A stretch of DNA of 34,182 bases, taken from IMG/VR virus record IMGVR_UViG_3300008005_000044, positions 1 through 34,182 of that record. One strand, 5' to 3'. Each line of letters opens with the position of its first letter. Position 1 is the stretch's first letter. This DNA comes from a virus (taxonomy: Duplodnaviria > Caudoviricetes). Below the pieces are notes generated by a model that worked only from the letters and a program-made list of their open reading frames with translations, was not told where the DNA came from and searched no databases. This document shows positions 1-8,699 of the stretch, in pieces. The position numbers and the translations under genes were made by a program.

Positions 1-123
1 GATCAAGCGGTCGCACGTCGCATTGGGATCGGCCGCCATCAGCGCGCGGATTTCCGCAATCGCTGCGGCGTCTGTGGCCCACCCAATGCGCGCTGACCAC
101 GCTGAGGGAAACAGCGTGAAGCC
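1..123. repeat. Terminal direct repeat, left copy (circular assembly overlap)
   Basis: 1-123 is identical to 34060-34182 (gatcaagcggtcgcac...cagcgtgaagcc). Confidence 0.97.
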
Positions 124-1098
124 CACCGGGTCATAACTCGCTGGCCTTGAGCCATCGCTAAAGAGCAAGTTCGCCGCGACCTCGAGGATATGCAGCGGCC
201 CCACGAGCGAGGCCACGGCTAGGTCACCGCCCAGCGCGAGCACGGGGATCACCTTGCGCGCCTCTTGGTCGTCGACCTCGGGCGAGCCGATGAGCTCAAT
301 CGAGGGCACGTCCCAGACATCGCCTCGGCCCGAGTAGCGATAGGCTGGCGTGAGGCTGTCGGCGTTGCGCACGGGCGCGATGGCCAGCAGTGAGCCTGCG
401 ACAACGTTTTGCCCCGTTGGGTCGTCGTTGACGGTGAACATCAGGGTGCGGTCGATGCGCGCACCAAACTGCTGGCCGGCGACCTCGACGGCGGTGCGCG
501 TGTCGCCCACCTTAAGGTCATCGCCTAGGCCTAACGCGTGCATCGCGACGAGCTCGATGACCGAGGCCGAGCTCGATGACCGCGGCGCCTTGTCCAGATA
601 GCCGATCCAGCGCTGATCTGTGCCGCTGTACACGCGCACGATGCGCCTGCGCCAATGTGTCGGCGCGGTGTAGACGTTGGCGCCAGCCAGATGGCTCGCT
701 GCGCTTGTGCCGTACTGGCCACGCGCGGCGCTGAACTCTGTGTCGCTCACCTTGGCGACGGCGATGGCCTCGGCGCCGAGATAGAGCACCTCGGGGCTTG
801 AGCTGATGCCAGGGCTCGCGAGCGTGATGGTCGTATCCACGTCGCTTAAGCCCACGGCAAGCTGCGCCTGTGCGCTCGTCTGCTGGAACAAGAAGCGGCG
901 GCGCGTCACGCTGTCAGCGCGCAGGCGAATTGAGCAGCGCGAGCCGGTGAACTCGCCGCTCTGCGGGTCAAGCTCATCGGCGCTAAACTGCGGGATAGCC
1001 ACGAGCGCGGTCGCGTCATAGCCATCGAGCGCGAGCGCTTCGCCCCCATAGCCGTAGCGACCGGGGATGCCGTCTACTGTGATATGCAGCGTGGTCAT
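1..1098 (-). CDS. Tail hub/baseplate-like minor tail protein, 5' part (continues across the junction into 34059..33091; 688 aa in total)
   Basis: ATG at 1098 overlaps the upstream stop (ATGA). Manual translation MTTLHITVDGIPGRYG... is open to base 1 and joins MAADPNATCDRLI. It lies after the tape measure and distal tail genes. Missing from the ORF track. Confidence 0.85.
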   Translation of the reverse strand, partial: MTTLHITVDGIPGRYGYGGEALALDGYDATALVAIPQFSADELDPQSGEFTGSRCSIRLRADSVTRRRFLFQQTSAQAQLAVGLSDVDTTITLASPGISSSPEVLYLGAEAIAVAKVSDTEFSAARGQYGTSAASHLAGANVYTAPTHWRRRIVRVYSGTDQRWIGYLDKAPRSSSSASVIELVAMHALGLGDDLKVGDTRTAVEVAGQQFGARIDRTLMFTVNDDPTGQNVVAGSLLAIAPVRNADSLTPAYRYSGRGDVWDVPSIELIGSPEVDDQEARKVIPVLALGGDLAVASLVGPLHILEVAANLLFSDGSRPASYDPVGFTLFPSAWSARIGWATDAAAIAEIRALMAADPNATCDRLI

Positions 1099-1988
1099 AG
1101 CGTATAGGTCCCGGTCGCGATGCGCACAGCCAGCTCAAGACTGTAATAGTCGCCAGCTAGGCCCATATCGACGACGCGCTCACTGTAATCAAGCCAAGGT
1201 GCCCACAGCTGGACCTGCTCCCAGCGGTCTGACGGGATAGCAACCCCATCCTCGGGCGTGAGGTCATGCACGAGGATCACGGTCGCCTGTGGGTCGAGCA
1301 TGGTGCGCCAGATGCGCGTGAAGGTGGCGTTGTCGCCCACGCTCAAGAGCGCCCATCTGGCGCGCGTGGGGTCGTTACTCTTGCCGTCGATAAGACGCGC
1401 GCTGGGCACATGCTGATAGCTGATGGTCCTGACGCGCTGCGTCCCCCAATCCACGCGAGAGGCCTCCCAGTGGCGATCTGAGCTGTACGCTTGGTCGGCG
1501 ATCTCATAGACGCGCTTGATGTGAGCGGCGCCGCGCTGCGGGTTGAAGCTGTGCCAGGCCCACTTCCACGTCTGCGGGGCGAAGAGATTGCCATTAGAGT
1601 CGCTGGTGTAGGTGTCGGACGTGCTGAGAAAGCCGAGGTCCAAAGCATCAAAGAAGCCCGTATCGAGCGCCTTAAGCTGCCACGGCCCTTCTGACCATGT
1701 GAACTTGAGGCGATCTAGCCCGAGGTCTTGACTGTCGGTCGCGTCTTGCGTGCTGATCGTGACATTGCCCGAGCCGAGCGCGAACGTAATGGCGTTGGCC
1801 AGCGTGGCGAAGAGCCCGGAGATCCCCAAGATGCTCGACGTGCTCGGCAGATAGGTCTGCGCTGGCAGGGCGACGTTGATGAACGCGCCCTCGGTACCAG
1901 CGCGCACTTGGAGCACGTTGGTGAGCGCGTTGACGGGCTCAACGAGTTGCATCCACCGATCTGTGCCATAGCCTATATAATCAGTCAT
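1095..1988 (-). CDS. Putative distal tail/minor tail protein (297 aa)
   Basis: Directly after the tape measure gene with ATGA overlaps at both ends; size typical of Dit-like proteins. Confidence 0.7.
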   Translation of the reverse strand: MTDYIGYGTDRWMQLVEPVNALTNVLQVRAGTEGAFINVALPAQTYLPSTSSILGISGLFATLANAITFALGSGNVTISTQDATDSQDLGLDRLKFTWSEGPWQLKALDTGFFDALDLGFLSTSDTYTSDSNGNLFAPQTWKWAWHSFNPQRGAAHIKRVYEIADQAYSSDRHWEASRVDWGTQRVRTISYQHVPSARLIDGKSNDPTRARWALLSVGDNATFTRIWRTMLDPQATVILVHDLTPEDGVAIPSDRWEQVQLWAPWLDYSERVVDMGLAGDYYSLELAVRIATGTYTL

Positions 1989-4858
1989 CGCCTCACCTGC
2001 TCTAGCGTGCGTCGCATCTCGGGCTCGATGATCTGCATAAACGTCCGGGCGCCCTCGGGCGTGCCGACGACGGTGGGGCTGTTGAGGTTGACCGTGATGG
2101 CGCGCGTGTTGGCCATGTTTGTCTGGTCAGCGATGGCCTCGGCGATCGCCTTGGCGTTGTCGCGCTGGACCTTGTAGATGTCTATGGGCTGCGTCGAAGC
2201 GCCGCCACCACCCGCGCGGCCTCCGCCACCTCCACCGCCTCCCGAGCCGCCGCCTCCGGCTCCGCCTTCGTTGGCCGCCTTAAAGTGCGCAGTCGCGGCG
2301 AACGCGTGCTTGGCAGCCGAAGCGAACTTAGTCGGGTCGCCCGCGATGCCAAGCGCGACGTCGCCGGAAGCGCGCGCGACCTCAGTCAGCCCCTCGATCT
2401 TATTGATCTTGGCCTCGTCCTTGATGAGCAAGCGCGCCGCTTGGCTTGAGAGGTCGAGGCCTTCGGAGAGCGCCTCGACGCTCGCTTCGCGCGCCTTCTT
2501 CTCCTCGGCTGCGCGCTTGCGCTCGATCTCGGCGAGCTTCTCCTTTTGCTTGATCTCGAGGTCGCGCAGTTTGTTGGCCTGCTCTAGCTCGCTCATGTGC
2601 GAGCTGCCCTCAAGGATAGCGATGCGCTCAAGCTCCAGCTCGATGAGCGCGCGCTCTTGCTCGGTCGCGTCGCCGCGCAGTAAGTCAAGGCGCTGCTGAA
2701 GCAAGAAGTCCTTCTCGATGGCGCGCTGAATCTCCTCGCTGTTCTTCTTGGCCTCTTCGGCCTTCTTCTTGCGCTCTTCGGCGAGCTTATTGACGCGCTC
2801 TAAGTGCTTGGCCTCGAGGTCGAGCTGTGCGTTGGTGACGAGCTGCGCCTTCACCGCCTCGTCCTTCTCGCGCATGATCTCGCCAGCGGCGACGAGCATG
2901 TCTTTCTGGCGCTGCGCTTCAAGCAAGAGCTCGTCGTTACCAGCGCGTCGCGCCGCAAGAATCTCACCCTCGGCCTTGGCAAGCCTCAAGCGCAACTCGG
3001 CCTGCATCTTGTCTTCGGGCTTTGGCCCCTTGCCCGTGTCGATGTTGTTGTCGCTGCCCCGCTGCTGCTTCTTGCGCACCTCGTCGATGCTGGCGCCGAG
3101 CTTGACCTGCTCCTGTGTGAGCGCGCGCGTTTTGTTGCTGGCCTCTTCGGAGAGCACCGCGATCTTGTCGGTGACGCTCGTGATCTTGTCGGCGATTTTG
3201 ATGCTCGCGCCAAACGAGTCGCCGACGCTCATCACGACCTTCTTCTGCTCGGTCGCGTACTTGGAGAGCGCCGCATTTGAGTCGGCGAAGAACTGATTGA
3301 TGGCTGCGCGCGGGTTATCCACGGCGCGCGCCATCAGCATGAAAGTGTTGCCCGCCATCGTGCCGAGCAGCTCGTAGTTGTTGATGATCAATCGGATGGG
3401 GTTAAGCAGCTCACCAAGCAAGCCGCCAAATTTAACCACAATGGCCGCGGCCTGCCCCATCATCCCGATGAGCTGGCCGCCGGCGCCGATAAAATCAGCC
3501 ACACTGTTACGCGTCGAGATAAACGCACTCTTATTGGTGAGCAGCTCGTTAGCAAACCGGCCGAGCTCACGCACGCCGATCTCAAGCACGGGCACGAAAA
3601 ATTGCCCCAGCTCGGTCTGCACCGTATCGACCTGGCCGCGGAAGATGGCCATCTGGCCCATCGCCGTGGCGTTCATCACGTCGGCGAGCTTCTTGGTTGA
3701 GCCTTCGCTGCTCTCGATCTCGCCGCGCAGCTTCTTGAGCGCAGGCACGCCCATGTCAACGAGGCCTTGAACGGCGTTGAAGACCTCGCGCCCGTAGGCC
3801 TCTTTCATGAGGAATGCGAACTTCTCGGGCGCCATCGACTCTTGCGCCTCGCGCAGATCGCCGATGACGTCGAACATGTCGCGGAAGTTGCCCTGGGCGT
3901 CAGTGACGCTGACGCCCAGCTGCTTGAACGCGCGCCCGGCTTCGGTGGTAGGCTTGCTGGCTTCAGTCATGCGCAGCGCCATACCGCGCAGCGCGACGCC
4001 AGCCTTCTCGCCGCGGAGCGACATCGAGGCCAGACCGTCAGCCAGCGCAAAGAACGTCGCCGACGACTGCCCAAACGTCTGCGTAATCGTGGCGCCCGCC
4101 ATGCCTGCGGTCTGCGCCAGGTCCTCGACGGTGACGTTGGCGCTCTTGGCGGCCACCGTGTATTGGTCGAGGATCTTGGGAAGATCCTTAGCGTTGGCGC
4201 GGAAGATGCCCTGGGCGTCAGCGACGAGCTTGGTCGTCGCGTTGAGCTCTAAGCTGTTGGCCGTCGCGAACTGGAGCGCGGGGTTAATCGCGGCGAGGAT
4301 CTGCGTCGTGCTAAAGCCAGCGCGCGCCAGGTCTGTCAAGCCCTTGGCTGCTTCAGTCGAGCTAAAGCGCGACGCCAAACCCGCGGCCTTGGCCGCTTGA
4401 GCATAAGCCCCATAGTTGCTGATGCCTTCCTTGGAGACAGCCGCCGCACGCGTGACCTCGTCTTGAAAGCGCGCAAACGACATGAGCGCCTTGCCCGCCA
4501 CAAAGCTGACGAGACCTATGGCGCCCGCCATCGCCTTGAACGCGATGCTCGCAAGCTGCGCGCCCGAGGTGAGCAGATTCATCGGCTGGATCGCCTTGAT
4601 CAGCCCGCTGCGCAGCTGCAGAAGCGAGCCCTTAGCCAGATCCTTGACAGGCATCGTCCAGGCGTTGATCTGCTTGGTGTTGGTGTCGACCTTGCGGCCA
4701 AACAGATCGACAGCATCCCCCGCTTTCATGAAGCGGCCCTGCGCGTCGCGCAGTTGGTCGCTGACGCCGCGCGCTTTGCGCTCTAGCTTGTCGAGCGGCT
4801 CGCTGGCCTTGTCGTCGACCTCGAACTCGACGACATATTTATCGCGCTCCTCGGCCAC
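1985..4858 (-). CDS. Tail tape measure protein, TP901-family core (957 aa)
   Basis: Ala-rich helical protein with TP901-type motifs (FSSTEAAKGLTDLARAGFS, GEKAGVALRGMALRM, LGVSVTDAQGNFRDMFDVIGDL). GGAGG RBS before GTG. Follows the chaperone genes. Confidence 0.93.
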   Translation of the reverse strand: MAEERDKYVVEFEVDDKASEPLDKLERKARGVSDQLRDAQGRFMKAGDAVDLFGRKVDTNTKQINAWTMPVKDLAKGSLLQLRSGLIKAIQPMNLLTSGAQLASIAFKAMAGAIGLVSFVAGKALMSFARFQDEVTRAAAVSKEGISNYGAYAQAAKAAGLASRFSSTEAAKGLTDLARAGFSTTQILAAINPALQFATANSLELNATTKLVADAQGIFRANAKDLPKILDQYTVAAKSANVTVEDLAQTAGMAGATITQTFGQSSATFFALADGLASMSLRGEKAGVALRGMALRMTEASKPTTEAGRAFKQLGVSVTDAQGNFRDMFDVIGDLREAQESMAPEKFAFLMKEAYGREVFNAVQGLVDMGVPALKKLRGEIESSEGSTKKLADVMNATAMGQMAIFRGQVDTVQTELGQFFVPVLEIGVRELGRFANELLTNKSAFISTRNSVADFIGAGGQLIGMMGQAAAIVVKFGGLLGELLNPIRLIINNYELLGTMAGNTFMLMARAVDNPRAAINQFFADSNAALSKYATEQKKVVMSVGDSFGASIKIADKITSVTDKIAVLSEEASNKTRALTQEQVKLGASIDEVRKKQQRGSDNNIDTGKGPKPEDKMQAELRLRLAKAEGEILAARRAGNDELLLEAQRQKDMLVAAGEIMREKDEAVKAQLVTNAQLDLEAKHLERVNKLAEERKKKAEEAKKNSEEIQRAIEKDFLLQQRLDLLRGDATEQERALIELELERIAILEGSSHMSELEQANKLRDLEIKQKEKLAEIERKRAAEEKKAREASVEALSEGLDLSSQAARLLIKDEAKINKIEGLTEVARASGDVALGIAGDPTKFASAAKHAFAATAHFKAANEGGAGGGGSGGGGGGGGRAGGGGASTQPIDIYKVQRDNAKAIAEAIADQTNMANTRAITVNLNSPTVVGTPEGARTFMQIIEPEMRRTLEQVRR

Positions 4859-5135
4859 GCTTGCCTCCTACTAGCTTGTCATAGAGCTGCGCCTGCTCGC
4901 GCTCGTTGCGGTGACGCTGCGCGATCTCGGCCTGAGCCAGATCGTAGGCTCGTGTGGCGACCCAATAATCAGGGGTGAGCTGGAGCAGCGTGCTGCGCTG
5001 GCTCGCATCGTCTAGCCGGAGCGTCTGCCACGAGCTGACCAAGCGCGTCAGCTCTCTTGAGAGCTCGGGGACTTGTCGTCGTCCGCCTGTGACGCTGGGA
5101 CGGTAGACGACGGCGAACCAGCGTTGGAGTTTCCC
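4839..5135 (-). CDS. Tail assembly chaperone C-terminal extension (gpGT-like), reached by -1 frameshift
   Basis: The -1 frame is open from the slippery site G GGA AAC (5135-5129) as KLQRWFAVVYRP...LVSSWQTLRL to the stop at 4839. Confidence 0.75.
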   Translation of the reverse strand, partial: GKLQRWFAVVYRPSVTGGRRQVPELSRELTRLVSSWQTLRLDDASQRSTLLQLTPDYWVATRAYDLAQAEIAQRHRNEREQAQLYDKLVGGKRGRGAR

Positions 5136-5584
5136 AGGTCGATCTCGGTCAGGCCCGAGCGCTCGGTGATGTGAGCGAGGATATCGTTGGCCTTATCCGG
5201 CCCGAACAGCTCGACCTGCTCAAGGCGCCCAGCCCCGTCAAGCTCAGCCCATGTGGGCTCAAGGCCTTCAACGTCAACGATGAGCTCGGCCAGCCACTCA
5301 AACAGCGGCATGACGTCCTCCTCGCTGGGCATGTGGTCACGCCAAGCGGTGAGGTCACTGGCGCTCTGCGCGTCAAGTTCGGCGCCAGCGTTGCCAGCCG
5401 CCAGGGCCTGATTGGCCTTCACGACGCCGAGGCTCATCAGGATCGTCTTCTCTCGATACGAGCGCAGGTCTGTCTCAAGTCGAATCAGCTCTACGGTGGT
5501 GATGCGCCTATACTTCCAGACGGTCTGGTCTCCACCGCTGAGCCTTGCTTTAAACGATCCGATCACGCGCTTGCGAGTCGACAT
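5048..5584 (-). CDS. Tail assembly chaperone (gpG-like, 178 aa)
   Basis: Between tail tube and tape measure genes, with a slippery heptamer near its 3' end (...IDLGN). Confidence 0.8.
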   Translation of the reverse strand: MSTRKRVIGSFKARLSGGDQTVWKYRRITTVELIRLETDLRSYREKTILMSLGVVKANQALAAGNAGAELDAQSASDLTAWRDHMPSEEDVMPLFEWLAELIVDVEGLEPTWAELDGAGRLEQVELFGPDKANDILAHITERSGLTEIDLGNSNAGSPSSTVPASQADDDKSPSSQES

Positions 5585-5592
5585 GGTGCTCC

Positions 5593-5934
5593 TTAAGAGA
5601 CGTAGAGCGAGTCACGCACATGGATAAGCCCCCATCCTAAGATGCGAACTAATCCTGCGCCGTTATCGCCCTTGATGTTGTAGGTATAGCCCGCGTTGGG
5701 CGTGAGGTCCTGCATGTCCGCAGCGGCGAACGTCGCGGTGAACGTCCCAGCCGCCGCAGACACCACAGCAATCGTCGCATCGACGAGATCCGGCGCGGCC
5801 TTGCTGCCGATGCGGGCGACGAACGTCCAGCTGGTGATGTCCACGGGGTCGCCCGCGCTATCCTCGACGCTGCATTCAATGACGAGCTGGTCGCCCTCGA
5901 AGACGGTGTAGTCTTGACGTACTGCATCAGCCAT
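5593..5934 (-). CDS. Beta-rich Ig-like/BppU N-terminal-like virion protein (113 aa)
   Basis: Pattern YTVFEGDQLVIECSVED...PVDITSWTFVARI...GTFTATF...YTYNI resembles BppU_N-like domains; located in the tail module. Confidence 0.6.
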   Translation of the reverse strand: MADAVRQDYTVFEGDQLVIECSVEDSAGDPVDITSWTFVARIGSKAAPDLVDATIAVVSAAAGTFTATFAAADMQDLTPNAGYTYNIKGDNGAGLVRILGWGLIHVRDSLYVS

Positions 5935-5940
5935 CTCGTG

Positions 5941-6936
5941 TTACTCCATCACGATGGTGAAGTGGTCGACGCCGCTCTCGCCATCGGGGCGCACGAAGCT
6001 GTACGGCACGCTAAAGCGGGGCGCCTCTTTCTCCAGGCCGCCGATCTGCACGGTGCCCGCGATCGTGATGGTGCGAGAGCCCTTGGTGAGCACGGCCTCA
6101 AGCGTGATCTTCTCGCCGGACTGCCACAGCGCGATGACCTCGGCTAGCGCCGAGGCGCCATCGACGAGCGTGAAGCTGCCGCCGTAGCGTGCGCCGCTCT
6201 TGGGCTTGGTGAGCAGCGCCTTAGCGAGCATGCCGCCGCCCGTGGCCTCGCCGGTCATGATCTGCTGGATCTCGTTGTTGGTCTCCAGCGTCAGGCCTTC
6301 GCACGGGTAGACCGTGCCATCGACCTCAAGCGCGATTTTGTTGACGAACCATGCGCATTGGTCGCCGCTGTACTGTGTGGGCAACGTGGGCAGGGCGCTC
6401 GGGCTTGCGAGGTAGGCGTCATAAAGCGCGATACCCGAGCCGCTGATCATCGCCTCGGCGCCGACCTCAAGCGCGATGCTCAAGTTTGTGCGCATCCCGC
6501 GCGCGAGCAGCTTGCGCGCCGTGCCGTCCTCGATGCTGCGCTCATAGACCACCATCGTGCACGCTGGCGTCTCGGTCTGGTTGTTGGCCAGCTGGGGCGC
6601 ATAGGTGACGCTGGTGTCTGTGACGACCGTCGCGACAAAGCCCGCCGCCTTGAGCAGCGGATCAACGGGAGGCAGCACGCCAGCAGCGCTTGAGCCGATC
6701 AGCGGCGTGGACCACTCCACCTCGTTGTGCGAAGGCGCGCGTGAGTCGCACTCGCCAGCAAACTCTGCGGTGATGCGGTCGCCTTCGACTATCGCGATGA
6801 TCTGGCTGATGTCAGCCTGAGCCATCGCGAGCACCTCGGCGCCGCTAGGCGCGCTGCCGCCAAAGGCGTCAGTCCCGTAGGTGGTCTCGCTTTTGACGCC
6901 AACAATGGCGTGATCCTGTGTGATAAAACCGGTCAT
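5941..6936 (-). CDS. Major tail tube protein (331 aa)
   Basis: N-terminal VKSETTYGTD motif and LLKAAGF...SVTYAP are typical of siphovirus-type tube proteins; synteny fits. Confidence 0.8.
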   Translation of the reverse strand: MTGFITQDHAIVGVKSETTYGTDAFGGSAPSGAEVLAMAQADISQIIAIVEGDRITAEFAGECDSRAPSHNEVEWSTPLIGSSAAGVLPPVDPLLKAAGFVATVVTDTSVTYAPQLANNQTETPACTMVVYERSIEDGTARKLLARGMRTNLSIALEVGAEAMISGSGIALYDAYLASPSALPTLPTQYSGDQCAWFVNKIALEVDGTVYPCEGLTLETNNEIQQIMTGEATGGGMLAKALLTKPKSGARYGGSFTLVDGASALAEVIALWQSGEKITLEAVLTKGSRTITIAGTVQIGGLEKEAPRFSVPYSFVRPDGESGVDHFTIVME

Positions 6937-6940
6937 GCAC

Positions 6941-7528
6941 TCACCTCTCTAGGGCGTAGCTGGGCGCTGGGTGTGTCCCCTGCCCAGAGGTTTCGAACTC
7001 GATGACGGCGCGCCCAAGCGTGCCGCTATTGACGTCGGGGGTGATCGAATCGGCGAAGTCGGACACGGGGAAGATCTCAAGGATCGACTCGCCATCGACC
7101 GCATCGCGCAAGAGCACCTCAAGGATGGCGCCGCGGTAGACGTCCGCCATCAGCTCCAGGACCTCAAGCTGCTCAAGGCGGCGACCGTTGCGCGTAAGCG
7201 CCGGGTAGGCGCCCGGCGGCCTAATGAGCGCGACGACGCTAAGGCGCGCGGTCAAGATGACGCTGGCGGTAACGCTGTCGCCGCTTAAGCGCGTGCGGTA
7301 CTCGGTCGACTGCGTGTTGCTGATGGCGATCACGATGTTGCTCATCGCGATGTTGCCCATGTCTGGGGCGATGGTGTCCCAGTAGTCAGATGCCGCAGGG
7401 ATGACGCCAATGGTCTCAAGGCCTTCATCAAGCAGATCGTCGGCGAGCTGCGTGGGCAGACCCGTCACCAGCGCCTTGATCATGCGCTCGCGCATCTTGC
7501 GGTTGAGCTGTCTTAGCGGCGTCGCCAT
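6941..7528 (-). CDS. Putative tail terminator/completion protein (195 aa)
   Basis: Start reassigned to ATG 7528 (MATPLRQL). Sits immediately before the tail tube gene. Confidence 0.55.
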   Translation of the reverse strand: MATPLRQLNRKMRERMIKALVTGLPTQLADDLLDEGLETIGVIPAASDYWDTIAPDMGNIAMSNIVIAISNTQSTEYRTRLSGDSVTASVILTARLSVVALIRPPGAYPALTRNGRRLEQLEVLELMADVYRGAILEVLLRDAVDGESILEIFPVSDFADSITPDVNSGTLGRAVIEFETSGQGTHPAPSYALER

Positions 7529-7875
7529 GATTTGAGCCTTGCTATGCCCAGCTTGAGCAGCTGCGCGCGGTCTTGCGCGGTGAAGGTGAACATCGGACCC
7601 GTCGCCCGTCGCGCCCATGCGCTCATCTGGAGCTCGCCGCCATAGGGCTGGCGCGGCTGCCACTGATAGAGCTTGTCCACGCTAGGGCGGCGCAGCATGG
7701 CGAGGCCTAACCTCGAGGTCTTGCCGGTCTTGGTGCGCACGCCAGAAGCCCGGCTGCGCGCCAGGCGCTCGGCCTCGGGCGCGAGTTCTTGCATGACGAC
7801 ATCGCCCCAGAGCTTAGGCGCCTTCTTGAGCGCCTTGATCTTGTCGAGCGTGGGCGTCATGTCGACGAGCTTCAT
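7513..7875 (-). CDS. Putative neck/tail completion protein (120 aa, basic)
   Basis: Basic protein between the adaptor and tail terminator genes, abutting its neighbours. Confidence 0.55.
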   Translation of the reverse strand: MKLVDMTPTLDKIKALKKAPKLWGDVVMQELAPEAERLARSRASGVRTKTGKTSRLGLAMLRRPSVDKLYQWQPRQPYGGELQMSAWARRATGPMFTFTAQDRAQLLKLGIARLKSWRRR

Positions 7876-8322
7876 CTACCACCTCGTGCGGGAGAATGAG
7901 CGCCGCGGCCTGGTCTTGTTCAGATCGACGTTGGTATGAACCTGTGCGGTCGCCTGCTGCGCCTGGCCAACTTCACCGGGGCTGTCTTTGAGGATGGCCC
8001 GATACTCTCGCCAACGCGCCCACGCCCGATCGATGCGAGGATCGTCCGGGTTGGCCGCGCTGGCCTCAAGGCTCTTGGCCACAGTAAACGCCAAGATGGC
8101 GCTGCGCGCGAGGTAACGCCCCTGATCAGTATCGGCCGCGAGCTGCTCGACGCTGATGCCAGCGCGCACGCAAAGCGCGGCGATCATGGCGGCGGCCTCG
8201 TCGATCCACTCGCCGATCTTGGTGGTGTTTAGGCCCTCAGAGCTTGAGGTGATGCCGCGCGTGTTAATGGGCAGCTCGTCGAGGACCAGCTGCGCATCGA
8301 CGCCGAAGGTCTCGACAGCCAT
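7876..8322 (-). CDS. Head-tail adaptor (Mu gp36/SPP1 gp15-like, 148 aa)
   Basis: Helical motif IGEWIDEAAAMIAALC; located downstream of the capsid gene. Confidence 0.65.
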   Translation of the reverse strand: MAVETFGVDAQLVLDELPINTRGITSSSEGLNTTKIGEWIDEAAAMIAALCVRAGISVEQLAADTDQGRYLARSAILAFTVAKSLEASAANPDDPRIDRAWARWREYRAILKDSPGEVGQAQQATAQVHTNVDLNKTRPRRSFSRTRW

Positions 8323-8610
8323 TTACTTGCCCTCAAGGAAGGCGATGAGCGCGTCGTTGTTGAGGCCGTTCTTGCCGTCGTAGCCTTTGGCTAGCGCCAG
8401 CGCCTTGAGCTCTTTGTTGCTCATCTCGCCAAGCGGCTTGGCTTCGGGCTCGACTTCGGGCTGGGGCTCGGGCTGAGGCTCAATCTCTTCGACCTTAAAC
8501 CCTGCTTGGGAGATGGCGATGGCCTGCTCTCGGGTGAGCTCTTGGCCTTGCTTGAACTTGATGCCGCCGTACTCGACGCGGCGATTATCGGCGAAGACTA
8601 GCTTGATCAT
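8323..8610 (-). CDS. Small head-associated protein with C-terminal Rho-N/HeH-like motif (95 aa)
   Basis: LGEMSNKELKALALAKGYDGKNGLNNDALIAFL after a Pro/Glu linker; such genes commonly follow capsid genes. Confidence 0.65.
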   Translation of the reverse strand: MIKLVFADNRRVEYGGIKFKQGQELTREQAIAISQAGFKVEEIEPQPEPQPEVEPEAKPLGEMSNKELKALALAKGYDGKNGLNNDALIAFLEGK

Positions 8611-8660
8611 GACGTGACTCGGTGAGCGTCAATGATTGACGCTGGTGCGGGTGGGCGTGA

Positions 8661-8693
8661 CGAAAAACAAGGGGTGCGGAATTCCGCACCCCT
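8661..8693 (-). terminator. Intrinsic terminator-like hairpin after the capsid gene, built on the 16-bp palindrome
   Basis: Perfect 24-bp palindrome aggggtgcggaattccgcacccct (8670-8693) followed on the minus strand by TGTTTTT. Confidence 0.7.
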
Positions 8694-8699
8694 CATCGA

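Noticed and set aside
1-123. Terminal repeat as a biological direct terminal repeat or att site
   Set aside because: It falls in the middle of an uninterrupted tail gene and is best explained as assembler overlap on a circular or permuted genome.
2198-2268. GCC/CCG-rich low-complexity tract
   Set aside because: It simply encodes the poly-Gly linker near the tape measure C-terminus.
2178-4874. Long plus-strand ORFs opposite the tape measure and other structural genes
   Set aside because: Antisense shadow frames typical of GC-rich DNA: Ser/Arg-rich, no RBS, fully overlapping well-supported genes.
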